Positions 9,673 to 18,251 of a stretch of DNA of 64,000 bases are shown here, piece after piece. Numbering within the stretch: position 1 is the first letter of the stretch; every line of letters starts with the position of its first letter. Source of the stretch: Nitrospiraceae bacterium (GTDB lineage: Bacteria > Nitrospirota > Nitrospiria > Nitrospirales > Nitrospiraceae). The DNA is taken from assembly GCA_050246315.1 (NCBI GenBank), contig JBFWWG010000005.1, positions 192,001 to 256,000 on the forward strand, in the 5' to 3' direction. The translations under genes and the position numbers were made by a program. The notes under the pieces were generated by a model that saw only the letters and a list, made by a program, of their open reading frames with translations, did not search any database and was not told the DNA's origin.

Positions 9673-11151
9673 TTATTTGGGGGCGATAAACACCTCGACG
9701 ATCTGGGCGTCACTGACACGCGTCAGCTCCGCCTCAAGGCCGCGAGGATTACCGATGCGGCCATCCGGATCGTACACAAAGCAGAACAGAGTTTGATGTC
9801 CCGTGGCAGGAAATGCTATGGCATCGGCCGTCACCCGCTCGGCGACTTCACGGGACCCGATCCCGCTCTTCGTCATCCCCGCCAGAACGGCGAGATGGTG
9901 ACTTGGCAAGAGCGACATGGCGCGCGGAGTCGCTGTTGGCTCACCGGCGGACCATTCCCTTTGAGCCACCTCGTCGAACTCGTATCGTAGCAACACATAT
10001 AAGAGATCTTGTACGTCCTGCTCGTCCTGCACATCCAGGGGAGTCCGATGATTTCCCCGGAGGCGGAGCTGCCGGACAACGGCGTGGAACCTTGTACAGA
10101 CCTTTCGGACGAGATCGAGAGGATCCTCCGGCCCGCTCGCACTCCAGGCGGGTGGATCGGCGACCTGTCCGGCAGCACGTGCTGCGGTGGCCTGGGGTGC
10201 AGCGGCCTCGGTCGTGAGCTCAGCAACCCGTGCCGGGAGTGCGGAGGAGGGTGGCGGTTCGTGAAAAACCGAGTTAGCTGGGCGCTCAAATGCGAGCCCA
10301 TGGGACGGATGCCCCGCCCCGGCGGTTGGATGCGACACAGGTGGTGGAGGATCGGAAAGGGGCCCCGGGGCTGCAGCAGGCGCGTCTCCCTGATGTGCAG
10401 AATCCCGAACCTGCTCACGGGGCTCGGGTATGCTTGGGACGCCCGGACCTTGGCTGATCCCGGGCGATGCGGGAGAAGGGTCTGTCTGGAGCGCCGGGGC
10501 CTGATGCGAAGGCGGAAGCCCGCGAAGGGCCATGCCCTGGTCCGGTAACGGCGTCGGAGGCTGGGCGACAAGCGTCGGTTTTTCGGACGGTGGACTCGGA
10601 AGGACAGACCGCTCAGCGAGAGCGGTGGGGTGGTCAGCCAGAATGGTGGTCGTCGGAGGGGGGGCGACGAGAGGAGCGGGCAAGGTGGGCATGATTTCAG
10701 CGAGTGTAGCAGATGAGGACGAGGACACAGCCATGACGACCGTCGCGGCTGGCGGCGGGGCATCTGGCGCTGGTCGAACGGCGGGGGTGTGGCTGGGAGG
10801 GGGTGGCGCGATCCCCTGCAATTCCAACTTTTTTCGCTCCAATTGAGCGATCAATGAATGGAGCAACGAAATCGTCTCGGCCACTTCCGACGGAGAGCTG
10901 GTGCGGAGGTGATGCGTTTTCCACTGATGGAATTCAGGGGACCGCTCTCCGAAGATGCACTTGATGCACTCGCGAACCTGGAGCTCGGCCCGCGCTCGCA
11001 CGGCATCGCGATATGGGAACCCTTCCTGTCGCAGATCCTCAACCTGAGTGAGTTGATCTTGCAGCTTGCGGATGTTCTCATTCACCGCTTCGAGAGAGGC
11101 GGTATGCTTGGCCTTGGTGCGGGCGGGATCCTTGGCAGCGGCTCTGGGCAT
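9673..11151 (-). CDS. Protein with helical N-domain, long Pro/Ala-rich linker and C-terminal DpnII/MboI-like PD-(D/E)XK domain with apparently lost catalytic residues
   Basis: DEQDVQDLLYVLLRYEFDEV and LFCFVYDPDGRIGNPRGLEAEL resemble this restriction-endonuclease-like family as I recall it. Confidence 0.7.
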   Translation of the reverse strand: MPRAAAKDPARTKAKHTASLEAVNENIRKLQDQLTQVEDLRQEGFPYRDAVRARAELQVRECIKCIFGERSPEFHQWKTHHLRTSSPSEVAETISLLHSLIAQLERKKLELQGIAPPPPSHTPAVRPAPDAPPPAATVVMAVSSSSSATLAEIMPTLPAPLVAPPPTTTILADHPTALAERSVLPSPPSEKPTLVAQPPTPLPDQGMALRGLPPSHQAPALQTDPSPASPGISQGPGVPSIPEPREQVRDSAHQGDAPAAAPGPLSDPPPPVSHPTAGAGHPSHGLAFERPANSVFHEPPPSSALPARVAELTTEAAAPQATAARAAGQVADPPAWSASGPEDPLDLVRKVCTRFHAVVRQLRLRGNHRTPLDVQDEQDVQDLLYVLLRYEFDEVAQREWSAGEPTATPRAMSLLPSHHLAVLAGMTKSGIGSREVAERVTADAIAFPATGHQTLFCFVYDPDGRIGNPRGLEAELTRVSDAQIVEVFIAPK

Positions 11152-11276
11152 CGGACGATGGATGCGGCGTTCGTCGGTTCGGACAATTACATGGGTGAAA
11201 GTCTAGCCGAGGGCTTCCGGACCGGCAAGAAACATGGTGATTTGTGCACCGATCTGGCAGACGAGCCAGAGGGACG

Positions 11277-11621
11277 CTAGCCGTGCCAGGCAATGTCCGG
11301 ACCGGCAGATCCGCCATGGTTGCGGAGTCGCCGGATTCCGGACAAACGTTCCTTGGCGGCTCGGGAGTACTTGAGAAACTCTACCCCGAAAGTAGACCCT
11401 TTGACCCAACGCACGCGGGCCAGAGCGATCGCGATGGGGTCCTCGCCACCCTGGCATTCGATTTGGAGAGAGAGGTAGGTTCCGATGACGGGAACGACCT
11501 CACTTCGAACGGCGCAGCCTGGGCCGGACAGATCGACAAGCCTGCCTTTTCCGGCAATATCGTCTCCGCAGAATCGAACGGGATACCGCAGAGACACCCG
11601 GTGATGAGATCTGGCGCGCAT
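11277..11621 (-). CDS. Single-domain PilZ protein
   Basis: RxxxR (RSHHR), DxSxxG (DLSGPG), ARVRW..FGVEF. Confidence 0.88.
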   Translation of the reverse strand: MRARSHHRVSLRYPVRFCGDDIAGKGRLVDLSGPGCAVRSEVVPVIGTYLSLQIECQGGEDPIAIALARVRWVKGSTFGVEFLKYSRAAKERLSGIRRLRNHGGSAGPDIAWHG

Positions 11622-11868
11622 AGCGTGTCCTTCGAACTGATGCCACAGAAACCGGCTTCAGAGGATTGGGCCAAGATGATCCTCACCAAATGTAGTCGAT
11701 AATTCAGGATTCAGCCAGTAAACGGGTGGATCCGGTCGTTGTGCGGGACAAGGTATGGGGGAGTCAGGGGAGGGAGGGCACGATCAGCTCCGAGACTTTG
11801 GACGTGATGGGCGATTCTCAAGGCCCGTCGGTCCCTGTTGTAGCGGAGAGGAATGGTCGATACCATCC

Positions 11869-12168
11869 CTATCCGTTCTGAAGCTGCTCCAGTTGCTCTC
11901 TCGCGCTCCCCTCATAACGGAGGAACTCAAGGCCGAGCCGACCTTCGCGGACCCAACGGACCTTGGCCAGTGAAATGCAGACAGGCTGGGATTCCTCCTG
12001 GACCAGGATTTCGAGGGCGACATAGGCCCCCTGTTGGAGCGAGGTGCGGCTTTCGATGGCACAGCCCGGAGTGCACAGGTTGACAAGCTGCCCCCGGCCT
12101 GCCGACTTATCTCCCAAGAATCGAATGGGAAGCTGGAGCAGTGTTCGTGGGCTCGATCGGAAATTCAT
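11869..12168 (-). CDS. Single-domain PilZ protein (paralog)
   Basis: RSSPR, NLCTPG, AKVRW..LGLEF. Confidence 0.85.
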   Translation of the reverse strand: MNFRSSPRTLLQLPIRFLGDKSAGRGQLVNLCTPGCAIESRTSLQQGAYVALEILVQEESQPVCISLAKVRWVREGRLGLEFLRYEGSAREQLEQLQNG

Positions 12169-12296
12169 GATGGTTATGCGGATCAGGGTTCATGATGAAA
12201 TGGGCGATGCCGACGCTGAGACCATGCTACGACAATGGGATCGAAATCGGGAAGAGGACGAAAGTAGGGGGCTGTGAAGGATCAATCGTACCGGAA

Positions 12297-12460
12297 GGTC
12301 CTCTCCGGCGGCGGCAATGGGGAGGGCTGCACCCGATGAGCCGCCGGTTCACACGAAGGTGAATTATCTGGAAGTGAAGGAATCACTTGAGGGGTTCTCG
12401 GCGGGCGGCAATAAAGAGAGGCTCCGCCTGAATAGCCCGCCGATCAACCGAAGGTTGGTA
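12297..12460. repeat. Two structured repeat units (12297-12363, 12391-12458) of the same family as 459-837, directly 3' of tRNA-Arg
   Basis: CCGGCGGC/GCCGCCGG and CGGCGGGC/GCCCGCCG stems, each followed by a CGAAGGT-containing hairpin. Confidence 0.8.
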
Positions 12461-12537
12461 TGGTGCCCCCGACACGAATTGAACGTGCGACACGCGGTTT
12501 AGGAAACCGCTGCTCTATCCAACTGAGCTACGGGGGC
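12461..12537 (-). tRNA. tRNA-Arg(CCT)
   Basis: Reverse complement GCCCCCGTAGCTCAGTTGGATAGAGCAGCGGTTTCCTAAACCGCGTGTCGCACGTTCAATTCGTGTCGGGGGCACCA folds as a cloverleaf, encoded CCA. Confidence 0.96.
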
Positions 12538-12660
12538 GTGGGGGAAGTCTCGCACAGTCCTGTCCACTGAGGCAAGGGAACGAGAGCGCCGGGCCTGACC
12601 GGCTCCGAGGACGCGTGGCGTCGTCGGAGCACGTCCCTTGGATTTCAGGAACCCGCAGCC

Positions 12661-13083
12661 CTACTGACGGTTGGCCTGATCCCGCTTGCAGCTTTCTTCC
12701 GCGAGCATGCGCTGTCCTGCTGAGGCATCCTTGGGAATGCGCGCCATGCAGGCATCCAACGTGTCTCCTTGCGTTCCTGACGATACCCGGTCGCCGCTCT
12801 TCGTCGAGGCGGTTCCGACGACGCTTTGCCGAACGGCTTCGTCGCGGCGGCAGCTTTCTTCGGCCACCATGCGGGTACCAGGGCTGGAATCCTTCGGGAT
12901 TCTGGCCAGACAGGCATTCAGCTCCGCGTTGGAATCTGCCGCGCCTTTGGCGGCGGTCCCTGACGTTGTTGAAGAGGTCGCGGCGGAGCCGCCCGTCATA
13001 CTACCCTGTTCGGTGGCGCACGCAGCCAAACCAAACATGAAGGCGACACTTAGTACAGTTGATCGGACGGACATCCTGTTCAT
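12661..13083 (-). CDS. Small lipoprotein with a duplicated Cys-x19-Cys module
   Basis: GAGGAGG before ATG at 13083; LAAC lipobox; LNACLARIPKD..EESCRRD and LDACMARIPKD..EESCKRD. Confidence 0.8.
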   Translation of the reverse strand: MNRMSVRSTVLSVAFMFGLAACATEQGSMTGGSAATSSTTSGTAAKGAADSNAELNACLARIPKDSSPGTRMVAEESCRRDEAVRQSVVGTASTKSGDRVSSGTQGDTLDACMARIPKDASAGQRMLAEESCKRDQANRQ

Positions 13084-13149
13084 ACGGTAAACCCTCCTCA
13101 ATGGAATAAATAGTCGGCGATGGGTCGAGTCCTGTCGGCTGAGGGAAGG

Positions 13150-13178
13150 GTTATAGCGAACTGGCATGACGAAGGCAA
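13150..13178 (-). promoter_or_regulatory. Putative sigma70 promoter for the Cys-repeat lipoprotein
   Basis: Minus strand TTGCCT, 17-nt spacer, TATAAC. Confidence 0.55.
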
Positions 13179-13181
13179 GCG

Positions 13182-14558
13182 CTACGGCTTCTTTTCGGCT
13201 GGCTCAACCGGCTTGATCAGTGACAATTTTTCGGGAATTTGAGTCAAGATGTCGGCGCGAGCCTGGAAAACGCCCGGCATGGCTTGGCCGATGGCATAGA
13301 CCAGACCGCTGGATTGATTCCCGAGGACCAAGCGGCCGCTCTGACTGCCGTCCTTTCCCGTGGCCGTAAACTCGGCGGTTGGAGCGACCAGTCCGTAGGG
13401 CGCCAGGGACCCAGGCTGTTTGACCACCCGTATCTCGGCTGGCAAGTTGACAACCCGGCTCACGAACAGATCCACGGTTTCTTGATTCAATTTCTCTTCC
13501 GGTCGATCCTCCAATACCCACTGGCCGCTTTGATTGATGAGCTGGTATTGCTCGGTGCGGGTCTTCACGGCCAGCATGGCGACCATCTCAAAGTCGAGCC
13601 CCAGCAATCGTTTGTCCTGCAAGGTAAAGAGATCCTTGGTCAGGTCCTTCAGCATGGCCGGACTAATTCGATAGAGCGGTCCCGCTGCGGAGGTCTCGGC
13701 GAACGCCTCGCCGCTGCTGGTCTCGCTTTGATAGAGCTTGACCGTATGGTCCGCGCCAGCTGCATGGACGGTGATCTGCGCCAGCGGTTTCTTCAGCGTC
13801 TTGGCGATTTCCACTCGTTCCGGACCCGGATCGATGATGCCGATGGCTTTCAGAGCCTCCAGGCGAAACAGAAAGGACCGAACCTCGCTCTGGTCGGCAT
13901 TGGCTTCGATCGGAGCCCGGATCTTCCACTTTTTGGCCGGTTTATCATCCATCAGGTACAGGACGATTTCTGTCGGTGGATAGGTTAGGCGTAGGCGATC
14001 GGCTTGGGCGTGCTCGAACGGAAGAATTTCCTTGCGGCGGAAGGTCATCACCGTCTTGTTCAAGAAATCCTTGACCGCCAAATCGGTGAGGAGCACCTGT
14101 TTGTCGGACTCGCGCAACACGTAGAGCGTGGAGGAAAGGGGACCGACATCGCCGATGCCGAAGGTCTCCTGCTGATCCTGCGTTCTGACCGTCACCGTCA
14201 CCGGCGGGTGTTCGAGCCCGAAAGGACGGAGCGACTCCTGTGTCGTCTCGATCACACGCGAGACCTTCCCGAGGACTAAGGCGCGGATCATCGATTGGGC
14301 CTCGCGGGTGTCCGCCTCGGCCTGCACCGGAGCGGTCATCATCCAGTTGCGAGACTCGTCAGTTTTCAGCTCGATGGTGCCCTGAGCGGACTTGATCCCG
14401 AGCCCGGTGATGGCCTTTTCTTCGAAAGAGAGCAGTTTGGATTTCTGCGCCTCGGTCTCTTCCTCTCGTTGTTGGCTCGGCAGTTCGACGAAATAGAGGT
14501 AGGCTCCCAACCCCGCCAGGAGCAATGCCAGCGCGATGCTGCCTCGGTAGCGGGACAT
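13182..14558 (-). CDS. DUF4340-domain membrane-anchored protein
   Basis: N-terminal TM, repeated W.(M/I).AP...AD and (F/Y)GL..P motifs; last gene of a Gld-like ABC operon. Confidence 0.8.
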   Translation of the reverse strand: MSRYRGSIALALLLAGLGAYLYFVELPSQQREEETEAQKSKLLSFEEKAITGLGIKSAQGTIELKTDESRNWMMTAPVQAEADTREAQSMIRALVLGKVSRVIETTQESLRPFGLEHPPVTVTVRTQDQQETFGIGDVGPLSSTLYVLRESDKQVLLTDLAVKDFLNKTVMTFRRKEILPFEHAQADRLRLTYPPTEIVLYLMDDKPAKKWKIRAPIEANADQSEVRSFLFRLEALKAIGIIDPGPERVEIAKTLKKPLAQITVHAAGADHTVKLYQSETSSGEAFAETSAAGPLYRISPAMLKDLTKDLFTLQDKRLLGLDFEMVAMLAVKTRTEQYQLINQSGQWVLEDRPEEKLNQETVDLFVSRVVNLPAEIRVVKQPGSLAPYGLVAPTAEFTATGKDGSQSGRLVLGNQSSGLVYAIGQAMPGVFQARADILTQIPEKLSLIKPVEPAEKKP

Positions 14559-14561
14559 AGC

Positions 14562-16091
14562 TTACAAGCGGCGGCGGCGTCGCCAGACGGAGAGGCCGTA
14601 GAAAAAGGTGGCGGCGGGAAGCAGCAACACCTGCACGTAGAGCAGAATCCGTTCCTGGTTGGGATTGGGGACGAAGGGGCGGAACGCCGGTTCCTTCGGT
14701 GTGATTGAGACCAGATCACGCTCTTGAGCGAGCCAGCCGATGACGTGCAGGAAGAAATCCGTGTTGCCTGGAAAGTTGACGTACGCGTTGCTGGCAAAGG
14801 TGGAATTGCCGACGATGACGACCGCGGGTCGCGGCTGACCTTCTGCCGGGGTTTGCTTAGGGGTCAGGGTGCCGGCAAGCGGCAAGGGACCCTGCACGTC
14901 CTTGCCGGTGTTGAAGCTGATCACCTTCCCATCGAGTTCCGTTTCGGCCCAACTGCGCGGGGAGGTACGGGCCAGCGGCACAAAATCCCACTCCTTGGCG
15001 GCCTCGTCGGAGAACGAGAGATGCCGCGTGCTCGGCATCAAGACTGCGGAGTTCAAATCCTGCGTGATCTCATGTTCGGTGAAGGTGCGCACGAGCAGGG
15101 CGGTGAGGTCTCCCAACGCGAGCCGGTCCTGCATGTCTACCAGCACGCCGGGACCAAGGGTTACGCCCCATTGCTGCAGCAATGGGTCCAGGCCGGTCTT
15201 GATCTCAGGATCAACCATGATCAGGAGGCGCCCCCCCTTTGCGACGAATTGCTTCAATCGCTCCCGCTCGTCCGCGGTGACCGCTCGTTGGGGACCGCCG
15301 ATCACCAGAACGGATGTGTTCTCCGGCACGGCGGCCTCTTGGAGCAGGGAAAGGGAAGCCACGTCATAGCCCTGTTTAGTCAAGGCCTCCTTCACCGTTT
15401 CGAACCCGGTCCGCTCTCGATCGTTGAGGCTATGCTCCCCGTGCCCTTCCAGGAACAGAATCCGCTTCTTGGTATCGCGGGTCACCCGGATCAGGGCACT
15501 GGTCAGTTCGGCTTCCGAAGGCGTGGTGATGCGCACCGTTTCGGTTCCGCTTTCGAGCACGGCCGTGTTCAGCCTGGTGATCCCATGTTTGCGGGCCTCG
15601 TCAGGCCTCCGCTCAGGATCGACGAACTCAACCGTGACCCGGTCGTTGCTTCCTCGATAACTGTCCAACAGGTCTCTGTAGGCAGTGGCTCCCGGACTCC
15701 GGTCCTGCGCAAAGACCGTGACTCGGACCTCTTGTTTAAGGCTGCGAAGGATCTTGTGGGTCTGCGGCGCCAGGGTAAAGCTTTGCGTCTCGGAGAGGTC
15801 CCAGTTCTTGACGTGACGGGCCGCGAGAAAATTGACGATGCCGAGAATCGCCGAGAACATTGCGACCATGAGGAAGCTGTTCGCGCCGAGTCTCGTGGAC
15901 CGTCGAGCCGAGAACTCCTTGAGCCTGTGGAAGCGGGAGACAAGAAAGAGGATCAAGCAACAGGTCGCAAGTCCGAATATGAGCAACACCAACCAGGTCC
16001 GTTCGGGCGCCAGGCTATAGAGGATGATGCTCGTCGCTGCAAGGATGCCCCCGGCCACACCGGCGAGGGATGCGAATCGCGTTACTTCCAT
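14562..16091 (-). CDS. GldG-like ABC transporter auxiliary component
   Basis: WDLSETQSFTL, FVDP, FLEGHGE, GNTDFFL..IGWL, terminal TM followed by WRRRRR; start overlaps permease stop. Confidence 0.85.
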   Translation of the reverse strand: MEVTRFASLAGVAGGILAATSIILYSLAPERTWLVLLIFGLATCCLILFLVSRFHRLKEFSARRSTRLGANSFLMVAMFSAILGIVNFLAARHVKNWDLSETQSFTLAPQTHKILRSLKQEVRVTVFAQDRSPGATAYRDLLDSYRGSNDRVTVEFVDPERRPDEARKHGITRLNTAVLESGTETVRITTPSEAELTSALIRVTRDTKKRILFLEGHGEHSLNDRERTGFETVKEALTKQGYDVASLSLLQEAAVPENTSVLVIGGPQRAVTADERERLKQFVAKGGRLLIMVDPEIKTGLDPLLQQWGVTLGPGVLVDMQDRLALGDLTALLVRTFTEHEITQDLNSAVLMPSTRHLSFSDEAAKEWDFVPLARTSPRSWAETELDGKVISFNTGKDVQGPLPLAGTLTPKQTPAEGQPRPAVVIVGNSTFASNAYVNFPGNTDFFLHVIGWLAQERDLVSITPKEPAFRPFVPNPNQERILLYVQVLLLPAATFFYGLSVWRRRRRL

Positions 16092-16858
16092 CGCTGTGAC
16101 TCCACGACGCGATGGGCTAGGAAGAGCATCAACGCGATCCCAGAGATGAAATACACCAAGTCCTTGGTGCTCACGAGGCCTCTCACCAATCGATCGAAGT
16201 GCTCGATGACGGAGAGATATGAAATGGCATGGCCAAGGGGGTTGTCCCCGAGGAGCGAACCCACGGCGAACAGAAACCAAACTAGGACCGAGAGGCCAAA
16301 ACTCAGGAAGGCGGCGACGATCTGGTTTTCGGTCAGGGTGGAGGCGAACACGCCGGTGGCCAACAGTAACCCTCCCAGCAAGACAAGCCCCAGATAGCCG
16401 GTCCACACCGGATACCAATCGAAACTGCTGAACAGCGAGAGCACGACGGGCACGAGTCCGGTCAGAGCGAGCATGCCGAGAAAAGTCAGAAAGACGCTCA
16501 AGAATTTTCCCAGCACCATATCGGTGACGCTGATCGGTGCCGTCATCAAGAATTCAAACGTGCGCAGTTTGCGCTCTTCTGCAAATAGCCGCATCGTCAG
16601 GAGCGGCAGAATTAACAGGAGGATCGTCGAGGTCGTTCCGAAGATCGGACGAAAGACCATGTCGTTCAGATTGACTTGGGCCATCCCTCCCTGCATTTGC
16701 ATCATACGGATGGCTTGGTTGCCGGCGCTGACCACCGCGATCTGGGCGAGGACGCCGAATATCAGAAGGAACACGGCCGCGACCACATAAATGATCGGCG
16801 ACACAAACGCGGAACGCAGTTCCTTGGCGATGATGGCCTTGATCGGAGTCATAATCAC
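16082..16858 (-). CDS. ABC-2 type permease (GldF-like)
   Basis: KELRSAF, TMRLFAEERK..TFEFL.TAPI, LGKF, STLTENQIVAA; multiple TM helices. Confidence 0.9.
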   Translation of the reverse strand: MIMTPIKAIIAKELRSAFVSPIIYVVAAVFLLIFGVLAQIAVVSAGNQAIRMMQMQGGMAQVNLNDMVFRPIFGTTSTILLLILPLLTMRLFAEERKLRTFEFLMTAPISVTDMVLGKFLSVFLTFLGMLALTGLVPVVLSLFSSFDWYPVWTGYLGLVLLGGLLLATGVFASTLTENQIVAAFLSFGLSVLVWFLFAVGSLLGDNPLGHAISYLSVIEHFDRLVRGLVSTKDLVYFISGIALMLFLAHRVVESQRWK

Positions 16859-17856
16859 GCAGGCGGCAAGACGGCTCGACCGGCCTCCTTCTCATCGGTG
16901 TCGGAGGCGGCAGCCGTTCCGGCTGGGATCCCTTCTTCATGTTGGGTCAGGCGCAGGAAGACGTCTTCCAACGTCATCGAGACGGTGCGCAGCTCCAAGA
17001 GTCCCCAGTTGCGGGCAACCACGAAGCGAGCAATCTCCTCCCTCATATCGCGTCCGAGTTCGGATTCGATCAAGGCCGATTGCGCATGCTCGGCCGGAAT
17101 AACCGACAGGATGCCGGGCATCGTCCGCAATTGCTCCACCCAATCTGCGGGAGGGGTCTTGAGCGTCACGCTTATTTTTTCCGACCGGCGGAGGCGTGCC
17201 GATAATTGCTCGGGGCTGTCCTCGGCCACGATGCGCCCGCCGTTGATGATGACCACCCGGCGGCACAGTGCGGTCGCTTCCGGTAGGATATGCGTGCTGA
17301 GGATAATCGTATGGGACTGGGCCAGGTCCTTGATCAATTGCCGGATTTCGAGGATTTGCTTTGGGTCCAATCCGACCGTCGGTTCATCCAGGATCAAGAC
17401 CGGCGGATCGTGGATCAGCGCCTGGGCGAGGCCGACCCGTTGCCGATATCCACGTGACAGGTTCGCGATCAGCCTGCCGCGAACGGTGCCGAGCGAAAGG
17501 CGGTCCACCACCGCGTCCATCCGCTGGCGCAGGGTTGCGCCGGACAACGCACGCAATCGGGCGACGAATGTCAGGTATTCCTCAACAGTCAGTTCCTGGT
17601 AAACCGGAGGGGTTTCAGGCAGATAGCCGATATGGCGTTTGACTTCGGTGGGCTGCTCAAAACAATCAAATCCTGCCACGGTGGCCCGGCCTTCTGTCGC
17701 CGGCATGAAGCAGGTAAGGATACGCATCGTCGTGGTCTTGCCGGCGCCGTTCGGGCCCAAAAAGGCCAGCACTTCACCCTTCTCAACAGAGAATGACACA
17801 TCCTGAATCGCGGTCAGTTGGCCGTACCGCTTTGTGACGTGGTGAACGTGGATCAT
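16855..17856 (-). CDS. ABC transporter ATP-binding protein (GldA-like)
   Basis: GPNGAGKT, LSRGYRQR, LILDEPT, STH. Confidence 0.95.
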   Translation of the reverse strand: MIHVHHVTKRYGQLTAIQDVSFSVEKGEVLAFLGPNGAGKTTTMRILTCFMPATEGRATVAGFDCFEQPTEVKRHIGYLPETPPVYQELTVEEYLTFVARLRALSGATLRQRMDAVVDRLSLGTVRGRLIANLSRGYRQRVGLAQALIHDPPVLILDEPTVGLDPKQILEIRQLIKDLAQSHTIILSTHILPEATALCRRVVIINGGRIVAEDSPEQLSARLRRSEKISVTLKTPPADWVEQLRTMPGILSVIPAEHAQSALIESELGRDMREEIARFVVARNWGLLELRTVSMTLEDVFLRLTQHEEGIPAGTAAASDTDEKEAGRAVLPPA

Positions 17857-18054
17857 GGAGCCGGAGTCATGAATCTAAGTCTACGGAGGTGTGAGGCGGT
17901 TTATGAGAAGCAAGGGTCCAACGGTATCGTGCGCGGTGACACAGGGTGTTCGCGGATACTACTAAGTCGCCGCCGCAGCGTCAAGGCATCTGCGCCTAAC
18001 CCGACCAGGTTTTTTGTTGGACCCGCACGGCCTGAGCTGAGAAGGAGATGCGGC

Positions 18055-18083
18055 TTTACAGAAAGGGCGGGACTCGCTATAGT
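18055..18083 (+). promoter_or_regulatory. Putative sigma70 promoter preceding a structured leader
   Basis: TTTACA, 17-nt spacer, TATAGT. Confidence 0.6.
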
Positions 18084-18251
18084 TCGCACCCATTCCCAAT
18101 ACGGCGCCTCCGGTCTCGCTCGTGCTGCCTCGCAAGGACGCAGGTACTCGGAGGCGTACAGCAAGGTGGGGTTGTCGCGTTGGGACCAAGAGAGATCATG
18201 AGAAAAGGTGAATTGGGGGAGAGCAGTGCGTCTTTGGTAAGGGAGGAGATT

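Noticed and set aside
838..12443. Active prophage or integrative element at tRNA-Arg
   Set aside because: No integrase, phage or conjugation genes and no obvious compositional shift; only the 20-nt repeat reported as a finding
14724..16397. 557-aa + strand ORF (also 19445-20851 minus and 23893-25479 plus)
   Set aside because: Antisense shadows of well-supported genes, expected in GC-rich DNA; no recognisable motifs
16092..16418. N-terminal extension of the GldG-like ORF
   Set aside because: Overlaps the permease gene in another frame; ATG at 16091 gives a normal coupled start
13182..17856. Gliding-motility function for the Gld-like ABC operon
   Set aside because: This four-gene module is widespread in non-gliding bacteria and no other gliding or T9SS genes are present
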